From contig NC_090401.1 in the NCBI RefSeq assembly GCF_036365525.1, positions 42,926,683 to 42,990,682 on the forward strand: a stretch of 64,000 nt of DNA. The letters run 5' to 3'. Position 1 is the first letter of the stretch, and every line of letters begins with the position of its first letter. The notes beneath the pieces were generated by a model, which was not told the DNA's origin, ran no database searches, and saw nothing but the letters and a program-made list of their open reading frames with translations. The translations under genes were made by a program, and so were the position numbers. Origin of the DNA: Heterodontus francisci (lineage: Eukaryota). Shown in pieces: positions 1 through 11,559 of the stretch.

Positions 1-41
1 TGTCCTTCCCAGGAAGAGAAGTGGCAGTGAATTAAACACTA

Positions 42-705
42 AAATAAAAGCAAAATACCGCGGATGCTGGAAATCTGAAACAAAAACAAGAAATGCTGGA
101 TTCACTCAGCAGGTCTGGCAGCATCTGTAGAAAGAGAAGCAGAGTTAACGTTTCGGGTCAGTGACCCTTCTTCGGAACTGACAAATATTAGAAAAGTCAC
201 AGATTATAAACAAGTGAGGTGGGGGGTGGGCAAGAGATAACAAAGGAGAAGGTGCAGATTGGACCAGGCCACATAGCTGACCAAAAGGTCACAGAGCAAA
301 GGCAAACAATATGTTAATGGTGTTTTGAAAGACAAAGCATTAGTACAGATTAGGTGTGAATATACTGAATATAGAACATCAGCAAGTGCAAACCTGAAGA
401 AAAACAACCTGAAAAAAACAGTGGGTAAGCAAACTGAACAAACTAAGATGAAATGAAATAAATGCAAAAAATGTAAAAAGGAATGCAAAAAAAAGGAAGA
501 AAAAATAACTAAAAATGAAAGTAAAGTGGGGGGCTGTCATGCTCTGAAATTATTGAACTCAATGTTCAGTCCGGCAGGCTGTAGTGTGCCTAATCGGTAG
601 ATGAGATGCTGTTCCTCGAGCTTGCGTTGATGTTCACTGGAACACTGCAGCAATCCCAGGACAGAGATGTGAGCATGAGAGCAGGGGGGAGTGTTGAAAT
701 GGCAA
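42..705 (-). mobile_element. Penelope-like element (PLE), 3' part: GIY-YIG endonuclease C-terminus, 3'UTR and terminal repeat with hammerhead core
   Basis: ORF 537-752 contains HFN...H..ISVLGLLQC.....RKLEEQHLIYRLGTLQPAGLN, the typical end of a PLE GIY-YIG domain. The terminal ~140 bp (42-180) recurs many times in the window. Confidence 0.8.
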
Positions 706-729
706 GAATTGTTTATGAGTTCATTTCCT

Positions 730-1070
730 TCAAGGCTGCATACAGCAAACATTCCTTATCTAATTAGAAAGCCTGATATCGCTTTCTGTAACTGAGTGTA
801 CTTGATTGGTGTTCTGTGAATGGCCTCTTGTGCACTGGTACGGGGTGGGTTTAAAGTCTGTGTACATGACATCAGGTAATCGAGATAAGCCACTTCCATC
901 TGTCTGACCTGGTGCTTCATTGAAAAAAAATCCTTATCTGCTGCTCGCCTGCACCGTCGGGACAAGTCTCTTGGCCAATTAGTTACTGTGGGCTTGTTTT
1001 TCAATGAAAGCTGTTTGTCCCTTGAGGCCAAGGTCACTTTTAGGCATTGAATGAAACTGAGTATAAATAA
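730..1070 (+). promoter_or_regulatory. NR0B2 proximal promoter: NR5A (LRH-1/SF-1)-type sites, CCAAT and TATA
   Basis: TCAAGGCTG 730-738, CCAAGGTCA 1028-1036, CCAAT ~975-979 and TATAAATA 1062-1069, about 260 bp upstream of the ATG. Confidence 0.55.
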
Positions 1071-1329
1071 TCTCAGGTGTAAGCAGCTCAGTTGGTGCCT
1101 GTGGATGCTTGTACTGCACTGAGAGCTGGAAGTGAACGTATCCGATCCATTCTCAGCCAACTCCCGCACAGCGCAACTGCAACAACAACCGTTTGGAGTG
1201 TTATGAGTTAAGGATTTTGGTTTCCTGTTAAAATCAGCACTTTTAAACTACCGTGAACTGCTAACACGAGTACAGTTTGACGTCGGATTGCTAAATTCGG
1301 CGTGGTCCTAGTTTAGCAGTGAGGAGGTT

Positions 1330-1864
1330 ATGGCTTATGTCAACGTACTGCTCGATAAATGCCAGTGTGCTTCTGGAAAGAGACAGAGTGCGATCTTATA
1401 TACGATTCTGAGCCAACAGGGAGAGGCCTGCTACGAGTTCTCACATCATAGCTGCTCCTGTGAAGCCAGGCGGACGGTTTGCTTGAAGACTCCACAAGTT
1501 ACCTGTCAGGCGGTGTGTGATGTGTTGGTGAAAACAGTCAATTTTATGAGGAACCTCCCTTCGTTCCATCATCTTCCCAGAGCAGACCAGCAGCTGCTGC
1601 TGGAGAGCTGCTGGCCCCCGTTGTTTCTGTTGGGATTGGCTCAGGAGAGAGTAAGCTTCGAGGTGACAGAGACCCCAGGTCACAGCATGCTGAAGAGAAT
1701 CTTGCTGAATGGGCAAGGCCTGATCAGGACAGAGGAAGAGGAGAGGAAGCAGCCCACACTTGCTGGTGTACAAAGAATGAAAATGTGTCTGAACAAATTC
1801 TGGGGCTTGGACCTAAGCCCAAAGGGGTATGCGTACCTGAAAGGGGCAATCCTCTTCAACCCTG
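1330..1864 (+). CDS. NR0B2: Small heterodimer partner (SHP), coding exon 1
   Basis: Nuclear-receptor LBD with no zinc-finger DBD: ILYTILS box, RTVCLKTP..TC, LVKTVNFMRNLPSFHHLP..DQ..LL..CW..LFLLGLAQ, MLKRILL, YAYLKGAILFNP. Donor CCTG|GTAACT at 1865. Confidence 0.95.
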
Positions 1865-2584
1865 GTAACTAAACAGCTTCTTTCTTTATTCCAGCGTGTG
1901 TAATGAAGCAAAGGAATTGTAATGGTACGATATTTACACAGAGCGAGTCACAAATTACCGCTTTACACCCGCGAGCCCACCAATAATTTTACAGTCTTAG
2001 TAAATGGTCAGCAGCAGACTGGGAGCTCCTCAATCAGAGGGCCCTCTCTACTTTCCGATTAATAAATGGTATGCTTATTTATCCCCTTCAGAATCCCCGA
2101 TAGGTTTCCCCTCTTTTTCCAGCACTTTCAGGGGTCTGGTTGCTCTGCTGACCAGCTTAAGAGCTTTTCTTTTGTGCGACGCCTGATCCAACCGAGCATT
2201 GAGGTGGGGCGTGGGGCTGAGTCGTGGATCTGACAGTGTGAAGCAAGAAATAGCTCTAAATACAGGACATGCTGGAAACAGAAAGCAAATCCGCAGCACT
2301 GATGCTATGTTTCCAGGTAGTGAACACATGCTGTGTTTCCTCACATTCTACTCCTGGCCGTGTTTGAGGTGGTTGAAGCTCTCTTCAATTAGTGCAGCGA
2401 TTGGTTTCCTCTGTTCCCTCTCCCTGCATTCAATTGAGCAACAATAGTTATAGTTTGTGGTGTCTTTAGTATGGTAACAAATTGTCGTGTGTTTCTGTGG
2501 GTGGGATGAAAAGCTGTTTAAGAGAGCTGGCCGTGTTTGTTTGGGGTTTGGGTCTGACTTTATTAGTGCTGTTGTCTTTTGCAG

Positions 2585-2826
2585 ACCTGCCTGGACTCCG
2601 AGCTCCTGCCTACATTGAGAGCCTCCAGCGGGAAGCACAGCGCGCGCTGCGTGAGGTTCTGGTGCCTCTGCCTCCCAGGGACAGCAACCGCTTTGCCCGT
2701 GTTTTACTCACCATCTCCGCCCTGAAGACCATCAGCACCAGTCTCATTATCGAGCTCTTCTTCAGGCCGGTGATTGGGGCAGCAAACATGAAGGAGCTAC
2801 TGCTGGACATGCTCTATACCCAATGA
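2585..2826 (+). CDS. NR0B2: SHP coding exon 2 (total ~258 aa)
   Basis: Acceptor TTTTGCAG|AC completes NPD. Encodes LPGL...LQREAQRAL...RFARVLL...ELFFRPVIG...ELLLDMLYTQ*. 535+242 nt = 259 codons. Confidence 0.95.
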
Positions 2827-2881
2827 GGAAGAGCCACTGGGCCTGACTGCACATCATCTACCTAACTAACTGCCCAGATAT

Positions 2882-3120
2882 ATCACCTGCCCACTCCCTA
2901 CCCACCCACATCACCTGCCCACTCCCTACCCACCCACATCACCTGCCCACTCCCTACCCACCCACATTACCTGCCCACTCCCTACCCACCCACATCACCT
3001 GCCCACTCCCTACCCACCCATATTACCTGCCCACTCCCTACCCACCCACATCACCTGCCCACTCCCTACCCACCCACATCACCTGCCCACTCCCTACCCA
3101 CCCACATCACCTGCCCACTC
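2882..3120. repeat. 28-bp minisatellite (~8.5 copies) in NR0B2 3'UTR
   Basis: Unit ATCACCTGCCCACTCCCTACCCACCCAC, period 28 (2882, 2910, ...). Confidence 0.95.
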
Positions 3121-3223
3121 GCACTTCACTGCCCACTTACTTCACATACACATCACTGCCCCACTGACACTTTGCTCCTCTCTCTCAACACATTGTTTTG
3201 TATTAAATTATTTTTTTATTTTG

Positions 3224-3229
3224 AATAAA
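3224..3229 (+). terminator. Probable NR0B2 polyadenylation signal
   Basis: AATAAA in U-rich context ~400 nt after the stop codon. Confidence 0.6.
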
Positions 3230-3937
3230 ATTATTTTGCTTATTTTGAAAGACTTGACACTTTATTGAAGACAGCTTTACTGCAACAGGACACTGGTTTT
3301 CAATTTTTAGAAACCCTCAGGTTTAAAAGTACACATTTAATTCAGGTCGATATGAGTGGCCGGTCACTGTTGATTTACACCTTGTGCCATTAGGGTCCAA
3401 CTGAAGAATGTTTAACCCCTCCAGGAATCTCTCCATCTGTTTGTTGGACGCTGTCTACATAGGCACAACAGTAGGCCATTCATCCCCTCAAACCTGTTCT
3501 CCTATCAGGTGTCAGGATTTAAAGATGCCATTTCCCACGTCTTACCATACAAAGTCAATGGAAGTAGAGATTGCATAGTGCAGTGGCTTTGAACTTGATG
3601 TTTTCCTCCCTGGCATTTGGGAAAAGGCCCAAGCATTTCTCATGGGCTGACGTCTCCTCTCCCTGTTAGTTGTAAATGTCCAACATGGAATAAGTTTGGA
3701 TACAGAGCTACAATGTATTGTACCTGGAGTACACTGAGCACAGGTACACATGGTGTACTGTACCTGGCGTACACTGAGCACAGGTACACAGTGTAACTGA
3801 AACCTGGCTCATGGTTGGTGACATCTTGCCCCTTACTAAGCCTCCTCCCTGACCTTACTTTCCACCACTGCTCTACCCAAACTGCCATAGTGGCAGTGTG
3901 ACCCTTATCACACCTTGGTCCCTCCCTGCAGGGATCA

Positions 3938-4600
3938 GTGCTGTACCTAAATAGAAAAGCTAATAGAATGTTATCATTTATTGCACGGGAATTGAATACA
4001 AAAGTTAGGGAGGTTATGCTTCAGTTATACAGGGTATTGGTGAGACCACATCTGGATTACTATGTACAGTATTGGTTTAGTTATTTAAGGAAGGATGTAA
4101 ATACATTAGAAGCTGTTCAAAGAAGGTTTACTAGACTAATACCTAGAACTGGCGGGTTGTCTTATGAGGAAAGGTTGGAAAGGTTAAGCCTTTATCTGCT
4201 AGAGTTTAGAAGAGGAAGAGGCGACTTGATTGAAAGATATAAGATCCTGAGGGGTCTTGACAGGGTGGATGTGAAAAGGATGTTTCCTCTGGTGGGAGGA
4301 TCTAGAACTAGGGGTCACTGTTTAAAAATAGAGGGTCACCCATTTGACAGAGATGAGAATTTTTTCTCTCTGAGGGTTGTGAGTCTTTGGGACTCTTCCT
4401 CAAAAGGCGGTGGTAGCAGAGTCTTTGAATATTTTTAAGGCAGAGGTAGATAGATTCTTGCTAAGCAAGGGGGTGAAAGGTTATTGGGGGTAGGCGGGAA
4501 TGTGGAGTTGAGGTTACAATCAGATCAGCCATGATCTTATTGAATGGCGGAGCAGGCACGAGGGGCTGAGTGGCCTACTCACGCTCCTAATTTGTATGTA
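3938..4600 (+). mobile_element. CR1-clade LINE 3' fragment
   Basis: LYRVLVRPHLDYYVQYW...LEAVQRRFTRLIP...RGDLIE.YKI RT C-terminus, followed by a 3'UTR hairpin and (TGTA) tail. Confidence 0.85.
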
Positions 4601-5194
4601 AGTATGTACTCCCCTTGTACCTTCTCCTCCTTTGAGTACCTCACTGTGTTCCACCCTTCTTATGTGTCCTTTAAAATAATTTTCTACTGCCTCCACCCTC
4701 CACATACCCCCACCACCCCACCATGCCATCCCAAATTTCTCAGCACGATCATTCCTTACCTCCTTAAGCCTTTGGATTGAGCAACTCCTTATCCTCGGTG
4801 ATTTTAATCTCCATCTTAGTTTCCCTTGCCTAATCTCTTCTGAATTTGCCGCTCTCCTGCCTAAAACTCTCCTACTCATATTAACAGACTTGACCTTGCC
4901 ATTTCACATGTCCTCTCTACACCTTGGTATTAATCACAGACAAGGCCATCTTAATGCATTCTCCACCACCCACATCAAGCACTATCTGGCCTCACTCTCC
5001 TCATCCAACACACTTGCTACTCCAAGGTCACATGTAATTATCAATCATCTCCTTAACCACTTCTCCCTGCCCTCTCCACTCTCATCTCCAATAATAAGGG
5101 TCATGATCTCATGGGCTTCTTTTCACTATGTTATAATCCTGTAGTTTTTTTTTCTGGGAAGTATGTCGTTTGCCTTTAAGGCTGTAAAAGGATC

Positions 5195-5738
5195 TTCTTT
5201 GGCCTCCTTGTCTCAAGAGACAATGGGTAAGCGCCTGGAGGTGGTCAGTGGTTTGTGAAGCAGCGCCTGGAGTGGCTATAAAGGCCAATTCTAGAGTGAC
5301 AGACTCTTCCACAGGTGCTGCAGATAAAATTGGTTGTCAGGGCTGTTACACAGTTGGCTCTCTCCTTGTGCTTCTGTCTTTTTTCCTGCCAACTGCTAAG
5401 TCTCTTCGACTCGCCACTGTTTAGCCCCGCCTTTATGGTTGCCCGCCAGCTCTGGCGATCGCTGGCTACTGACTCCCACGACTTGTGATCAATGTCACAG
5501 GACTTCATGTTGCATTTGCAGACGTCTTTAAAGCGGAGACAAGGACGGCCGATGGGTCTGATACCAGTGACGAGCTCGCTGTACAATGTATCCTTGGGGA
5601 TCCTGCCATCTTCCATGCGGCTCACATGGCCAAGCCATCTCAGGCGCCGCTGGCTTAGTAGGGTGTATATGCTGGGGATGTTGGCCGCCTCGAGGACTTC
5701 TGTGTTGGAAATACGGTCCTGCCACCTGATGCCAAGGA
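5195..5738 (-). mobile_element. RTE-clade LINE, 5'-truncated
   Basis: RLRWLGHVSRMEDGRIPK...GRPCLRFKD...CSTCGRVCHSRIGLYSH. 20-bp direct repeat TTTAAGGCTGTAAAAGGATC at 5175-5194 and 5739-5758. Confidence 0.9.
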
Positions 5739-5996
5739 TTTAAGGCTGTAAAAGGATCAATACTGCTTTAAGAACAAGCAAGCCTCAGAAATTACTAAGA
5801 AGATGCATTTTGGTTGAAATTGGATACAACCATACAGAGAGGGAACCAACCAGCTTCTAATAGTGCATCACCTGGCAACAGCCATTCAGAGACTGATGAT
5901 TGAGATATACAATGTTGCAATTAACTTTTGAACTGTTTTTTTAGTTGAAACAGACTATTCTAACACTCAGACAGCTGGACCAGCATGAATGGAATA

Positions 5997-6133
5997 GATA
6001 AAAGCAAAATACTGCGGATGCTGGAAATCTGAAATAAAAACAAGAAATGTTGGAAATACTCTGCAGGTCTGGCAGCATCTGTGGAAAGAGAAGCAGAGTT
6101 AATGTTTCGGGTCAGTGACCCTTCTTCGGAACT
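5997..6133 (-). mobile_element. Short PLE terminal unit
   Basis: Near-identical to 42-180; possible TSD GAATGGAA on both sides. Confidence 0.75.
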
Positions 6134-9084
6134 TGGAATGGAAAAGAGATCTCTGATAATTTAAACTGAAGGAAGGTGAATTTTAGACTGATCACTTTTT
6201 CACCCCTGAAAACAATTCTAAAGCCAAATTGATTCATTGAAAAGTGTCTGCAAGTTGTTGATTGCTGAATTCATCGCTGGAAAAAGAAGAACATCACTTC
6301 AACTGGAACTAGACTACTGAGTGTCTTACTGTTGAAGACCCTTTTTTTCCTCATCGGACGGCTGTGAGGACATCAAGCAACCTTGGACTGTTTCATATTG
6401 GAAGATTCCACTTCGGGAGGAGCATAAATCTGCATGGACACTAATTTTTTCTATTTTAAATGGTGTTTATATCTTAGTAGTGTTTAAGAATTTAGTTTTT
6501 CTAATTAAACAGTTAATTTGTTATCCAAAGACTCCTGGTTTGGTTAGCCTCATTCGGGGGTTAATAGGTGGTACAATTTGGCTGGGGCTTTCTTTAATTT
6601 GGAAAGTTTAAAGTGAAGTGTTAGGCGATCTGTGGAGTGGTGGAACTGATTTGACAGTGCGTTGCTCCCACCACAATCAGAATTATATATTTTGATTGGG
6701 GGCTTTGGGGGACTTGAGGAGTCGGTCGTAACAACTAACATTGCAACCATCTGTTCAGCTGCCTCTTCTGCACTCCTCCCTGCTTCTTGTCCCTCCCATT
6801 CCCAAACTCAGAGCCCATGTCTATCTCAAAGTTTTCTCTTATCTCCCCATGTGCCTTCTGTGAGTTTGTCCATGAGATCTTTCTCTTGCTCCCTTGACCC
6901 CATTCCCACCAAAATGCTGACCATCTTCTCTTCCTGACCCCCATGCTACCTGACTTTGCAAATGTTTCCCTCTTGGCAGGTGCTGTCCCCTTCTCTTTCA
7001 AAATCAACATCATCACTCCCTCTTCAGAATATTCACCCTCAACCCCTCTCTCCTTACAAACTACTGCTCCACCTCCAAACTCCCTTTCCTCTCCAAAGTT
7101 TCTGCCTGTCTATGCTGCAAATCCCTGTTTATAGAGTTTTAGAGTCATTACAGCACAGAAGGAGGCTATTCAGCCCATCAAGTTCATGCCAGCTCTCTGT
7201 AGAGCAATCCAGTCTGTCTCATATCCTGCTCTATCTCCATAGCCCCGAAAGTTTATTTCCCTCAAGTGCCTATCCAATTTCCTTTTGAAATCAGTGATTG
7301 TTTCTGCTTCCACCACCCTCTTAGGTAGTGAGTGCCAGGTCATTACCAGTCGCTGCGTAAAAAAGTTCTTCCTCACATCACCACCACCCCATCCCCCCTC
7401 CCCTCCACCCCGCCCCCCCGCCATCTCCTACCCAGAACCCAGTTGAATCACTTCAATCACATTTTCAATCCTGACACAGAACTGAAACAGTCTTAACATC
7501 CTCGGTGACTGTGACCATGATGCATAATTCCTCCTCAGTGTCCTTGACCTTTTTGTAACCTTTTGTCCAGCTCAATGGAATTGGAGTTGCCTGGCTTCAA
7601 TCTTAACTATCCAATCATAACCAGAGCATCTCCTGCAATGGCTTCTCTTCCTGCTTGCACACTGTCACATTTGGAGTGCCTCAAGGATCTAACCTAGGTT
7701 CCCTTCTCTTCATCAACATGTTGCCCTTTGTGACAACACCTGCTGACATGAGTCAGGTTCCACATGTACACTGACAATACCTAACTCTATCTCAACACCA
7801 CCTCTCTCAATGCCTCCACTGCCTCTGATTTGTCAGACTGCTTGTCCAACATCATCTCTTGGATTGGCCACAATTTCCTTTAGCTAAACATCGAGAAGAC
7901 TGAAGCCATTGTCTTCAACCCCACCACAAACTCTGTTCCCTCATCACCAACTCCATCCCACTCCCTCATCATTGTCTCAGGCTGAACGAGACTGTTCTCA
8001 ACCTTGGTGCCCTATCTGACTCTGAGCTGAGTTTCTGACCCCATATCCTCTCCTTCACAAAGACCGCCTACTTCCATCTCCGTAATATTGCCCATCTTTG
8101 CACCTGCCTCAACCATATGTTGTTGAAACCCTTGTCCATATCATTGTCACCTCCAGACTCAATTATTCCAATGCTCTCCTTGCTGGCTTCCCATATTCCA
8201 CTCTTCATAAACTTCAACTCTCTAAAACTCTGCTGACCATACCTAACTCACACCAAGACACTTCTGTGCTCACTGACCTACAGTGGCTTCCAGTTCAGCA
8301 ACACCTCCTATTTACAATTCTCAGCCTCATATTCAACTCCCTTTGTGGCCTTGCCCCCTCCCTATCTCCGTAACCTCCTCTAGTCCCACACTCTCCTTTA
8401 TTACTTTCCCACCAACTCCACCCCCCCACCCCATCCTTTAACTTGCTATTTTGCACCTCCAATTGCTATAACCTACTCCTCGGATCATCCTTTTAGCCAA
8501 TTCACTTCACTCCTTCCTGCCTGTGTCTAACCCATAACATTGAAGCATATATGACACATTTGGCTGCATTGAAAATGCTGTAAAATGTATGTAAACTGTA
8601 TGTAAAATGCTGTAAGTTGTTGTTGATACTATGACAGACTGAGAATAACTGGCTTTCATACTCAGTGTTGATTCTTGCAGGCAGATGATTTGGGTCCAGA
8701 GAATTTGAAAGGTTTCGACACACATTTCCCAGAAGTTGAAACCTTTCTCCGTCACCCAGAGTTGTGAAGATTGCTCCCTACTGATCAAATGTGGACAATA
8801 CAGCCTGCTGTTCCAAGAAGAGCTGTACAGGAAAGAAATGCAGAGAACACTTCCTCTTCACAGAGCTTCAGATGTAACACACATGCATCAGCCCTAAGAT
8901 GCTCCACAGTGCGGATTTGCCCCAACACAGCCAGGATACCAAGGTACTGCAAGGACACTTGTCCTTAGAGCTGGTCAGGAGGAGGAGGAGGGCCCACAGT
9001 ATTATTCATGTACTTTATCTGGTATTTTGTGCAGAAAACAGACTTGGGAATCAGAAGTACAATTTCAAAATTTGTACACTTCAA

Positions 9085-10035
9085 TGCGGATAAGGGTGAG
9101 GTGGTGTACTTTGGTAGGAAGAATAAGACGACCACACAATGCTTGGAAAATGTGTCTAAATGAAGTAGAGGAGCAAAGGGATCTAGGGGTACAGATACAC
9201 AAATTATTAAAAGCAGCAAGGTAGGATAACAAACTCAATTTTAAAAAAGCAAACAAAGCACTGCCCTTCATTTCTAGAGGAATAGCATTGAAAAGTAGGG
9301 AAGTTATGTTAAACTTGTATAGAATCTTGGTCAGACCACACTTGGAGTACTGTGCACAGTTCTGGTCTCCATATTACAAAAAGGATATAGAGGCACTGGA
9401 AAAAGTGCAAAAAATTACAAGGATACCAAAACTGAGAGGTTATAACTATCAGGAAAGACTGAATAATCTGGGGTTCTTTTCTCTGGAAAGGAGAAAGCTG
9501 AGGAGGTGACCTGATCGAGGTCTTTAAAATTATGAAAGGGTTTGATATGGTAGACATAGAGAAGATGTTTCCACTTGTGGCTTTGTCCAAAACTATGGGG
9601 CATAAATATAAGATTGTCACTAACAAGTCCTTTAGGGATTTCAGGAGAAACTTCTTTACCCAGAGAATGGATGGAATGTCAAACTTGCTATCTCAGGAGT
9701 GGTTGAGGCAAATAGCATAGATGCATTTAAGGAGAAGCTACATAGAAACATAGAAAATAGGAGCAGGATTAGGCCATTTGGCCCTTCGAGCCTGCTCCGC
9801 CATTCATTATGATCATGGCTGATCATCCAACTCAGTAGCCTGTTCTGGCTTTCACCCCATACCCTTTGATCCCTTTAGACCCTAGAACTATATCTAACTT
9901 ATTTTTCAAAACATTCTATGTTTTGGCCTCAACTGCTTTCTGTGGTAGCGAATTCCACAGGCTCACCACTCTATGGGTGAAGAAATTTCTCCTCATCTCA
10001 GTCCTGAAAGGTTTACCCCGTATCCTTAGACTATG
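9085..10035. mobile_element. CR1 3' fragment (+, ~9085-9740) with a second CR1 3' end inserted in the opposite orientation (~9741-10035)
   Basis: LYRILVRPHLEYCAQFWSP on +; RRNFFTHRVVSLWNSLPQ and the 3'UTR on -. Confidence 0.75.
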
Positions 10036-10070
10036 ATAAACGCATACGGGAGAATTAAATAGAAAGATAT

Positions 10071-11328
10071 CTCTCTTTGGCCTCCTTATCTCGAGAGACA
10101 ATGGATAAGCGCCTGGAGGTGGTCAGTGGTGTGTGGAGCAGCGCCTGGAGTGGCGAAAAAGGCAAATTCTAGAGTGACAGGCTCTTCCACAGGTGCTGCA
10201 GAAAAATTTGATTGTCGGGGCTGTTACACAGTTGGCTCTCCCCTTGCGCCTCTGTCTTTTTTCCTGCCAACTGCTAAGTCTCTTCGACTCGCCACACTTT
10301 AGCCCTGCCTTTATGGCTGTCCACCAGCTCTGGCGAACGCTGGCAACTGACTCCCACGACTTGTGATCAATGTCACAGGATTTCATGTCGCGTTTGCAGA
10401 CGTTTTTAAAGCGGAGACATGGACGGCCGATGGGTCTGATACCAGTGGCGAGCTCGCTGTACAATGTGTCTTTGGGGATCCTGCCATCTTCCATGTGGCT
10501 CACATGGCCAAGCCATCTCAAGCGCCGCTGACTCAGTAGTGTGTATAAGCTGGAGATATTGGCCGCCTCGAGGACTTCTGTGTTGGAGATACGGTCCTGC
10601 CACCTGATGCCAAGTATCCTCCGGAGGCAGCGAAGATGGAATGAATTGAGACGTCGCTCTTGGCTGACATACTTTGTCCAGGCCTCGCTGCCATAGAGCA
10701 AGGTACTGAGGACACAGGCTTGATACACTCGGACCTTTGTGTTCCGTGTCAGTGCGCCATTTTCCCACACTCTCTCTTGGCCAGTCTGGACATAGCAGTG
10801 GAAGCCTTTCCCATGCGCTTGTTGATTTCTGCATCTAGAGACAGGTTACTGGTGATAGTTGAGCCTAGGTAGGTGAACTCTTGAACCACTTCCAGAGCGT
10901 GGTCGCCAATATTGATGGATGGAGCATTTCTGACGTTCTGCCCCATGATGTTCGTTTTCTTGAGGCTGATGGTTAGGCCAAATTCATTGCAGGCAGCCGC
11001 AAACCTGTCGATGAGACTCTGCAGGCACTCTTCAGTGTGAGATGTTAAAGCAGCATCGTCCGCAAAGAGGAGTTCCCTGATGAGGACTTTCCGTACTTTA
11101 GACTTTGCTCTTAGACGGGCAAGGTTGAACAACCTGCCCCCTGATCTTGTGTGGAGGAAAATTCCTTCTTACGAGGACTTGAACGCATGTGAAAGCAGCA
11201 GGGAGAAGAAAATCCCAAAAAGTGTGGATGCGAGAACACAGCCCTGTTTCACGCCACTCAGGATAGGAAAGGGGTCTGATGAGGAGCCACCATGTTGAAT
11301 TGTGCCTTTCATATTGTCATGGAATGAG
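10071..11328 (-). mobile_element. RTE-clade LINE, 5'-truncated, RT C-terminal half
   Basis: GVKQGCVLA, LLFADDAAL, FTYLGS, LLYGSEAW and a C-terminal CxxC...H motif; a few frameshifts. Confidence 0.9.
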
Positions 11329-11559
11329 AATATGCTACATAGAATTATACAGAGTATACAACACAGAAACAAGCTATTCAACCCAAGTGGTTCATACTCT
11401 ATGGTTTATGCTCTATACAAGCTTCCTCCCACCCCTGTTCACTGAACCCTATCAAAGCATCCTTCTAATCCTTTCTCTCCTTATCTAGCTTCCCCATAAA
11501 TGCCTCTATGCTATTTGCCTGTAGATCCATGAACTCTGAGCACCGATCTCAACAACAAC

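Larger units (their letters stand above)
5129..6733. mobile_element. Solo LTR (Gypsy-type termini) carrying nested RTE and PLE insertions
   Basis: Begins TGTTA, ends TAACA, with 4-bp TSD ACTA at 5125-5128 and 6734-6737. The host L2 sequence rejoins across it. Confidence 0.75.
4610..8400 (+). mobile_element. Degraded L2-clade LINE, interrupted by a solo LTR (5129-6733) and a CR1 3' end (~7130-7420, - strand)
   Basis: LGDFNLHL-, SCSLDPIPTK-, GVPQGS.LG- and [21 protein letters not shown]-like remnants in collinear order. Confidence 0.7.

Noticed and set aside
1205-1217. GAGTTA-A-GGATTT as an FXR IR-1 element
   Set aside because: The second half-site is far from TGACCT and it lies downstream of the TATA box; too weak to call.
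1330-2826. NR0B1 (DAX1) identity
   Set aside because: Short N-terminus with a single LYxIL box, ~258 aa length and adjacency to GPATCH3/GPN2 all indicate NR0B2.
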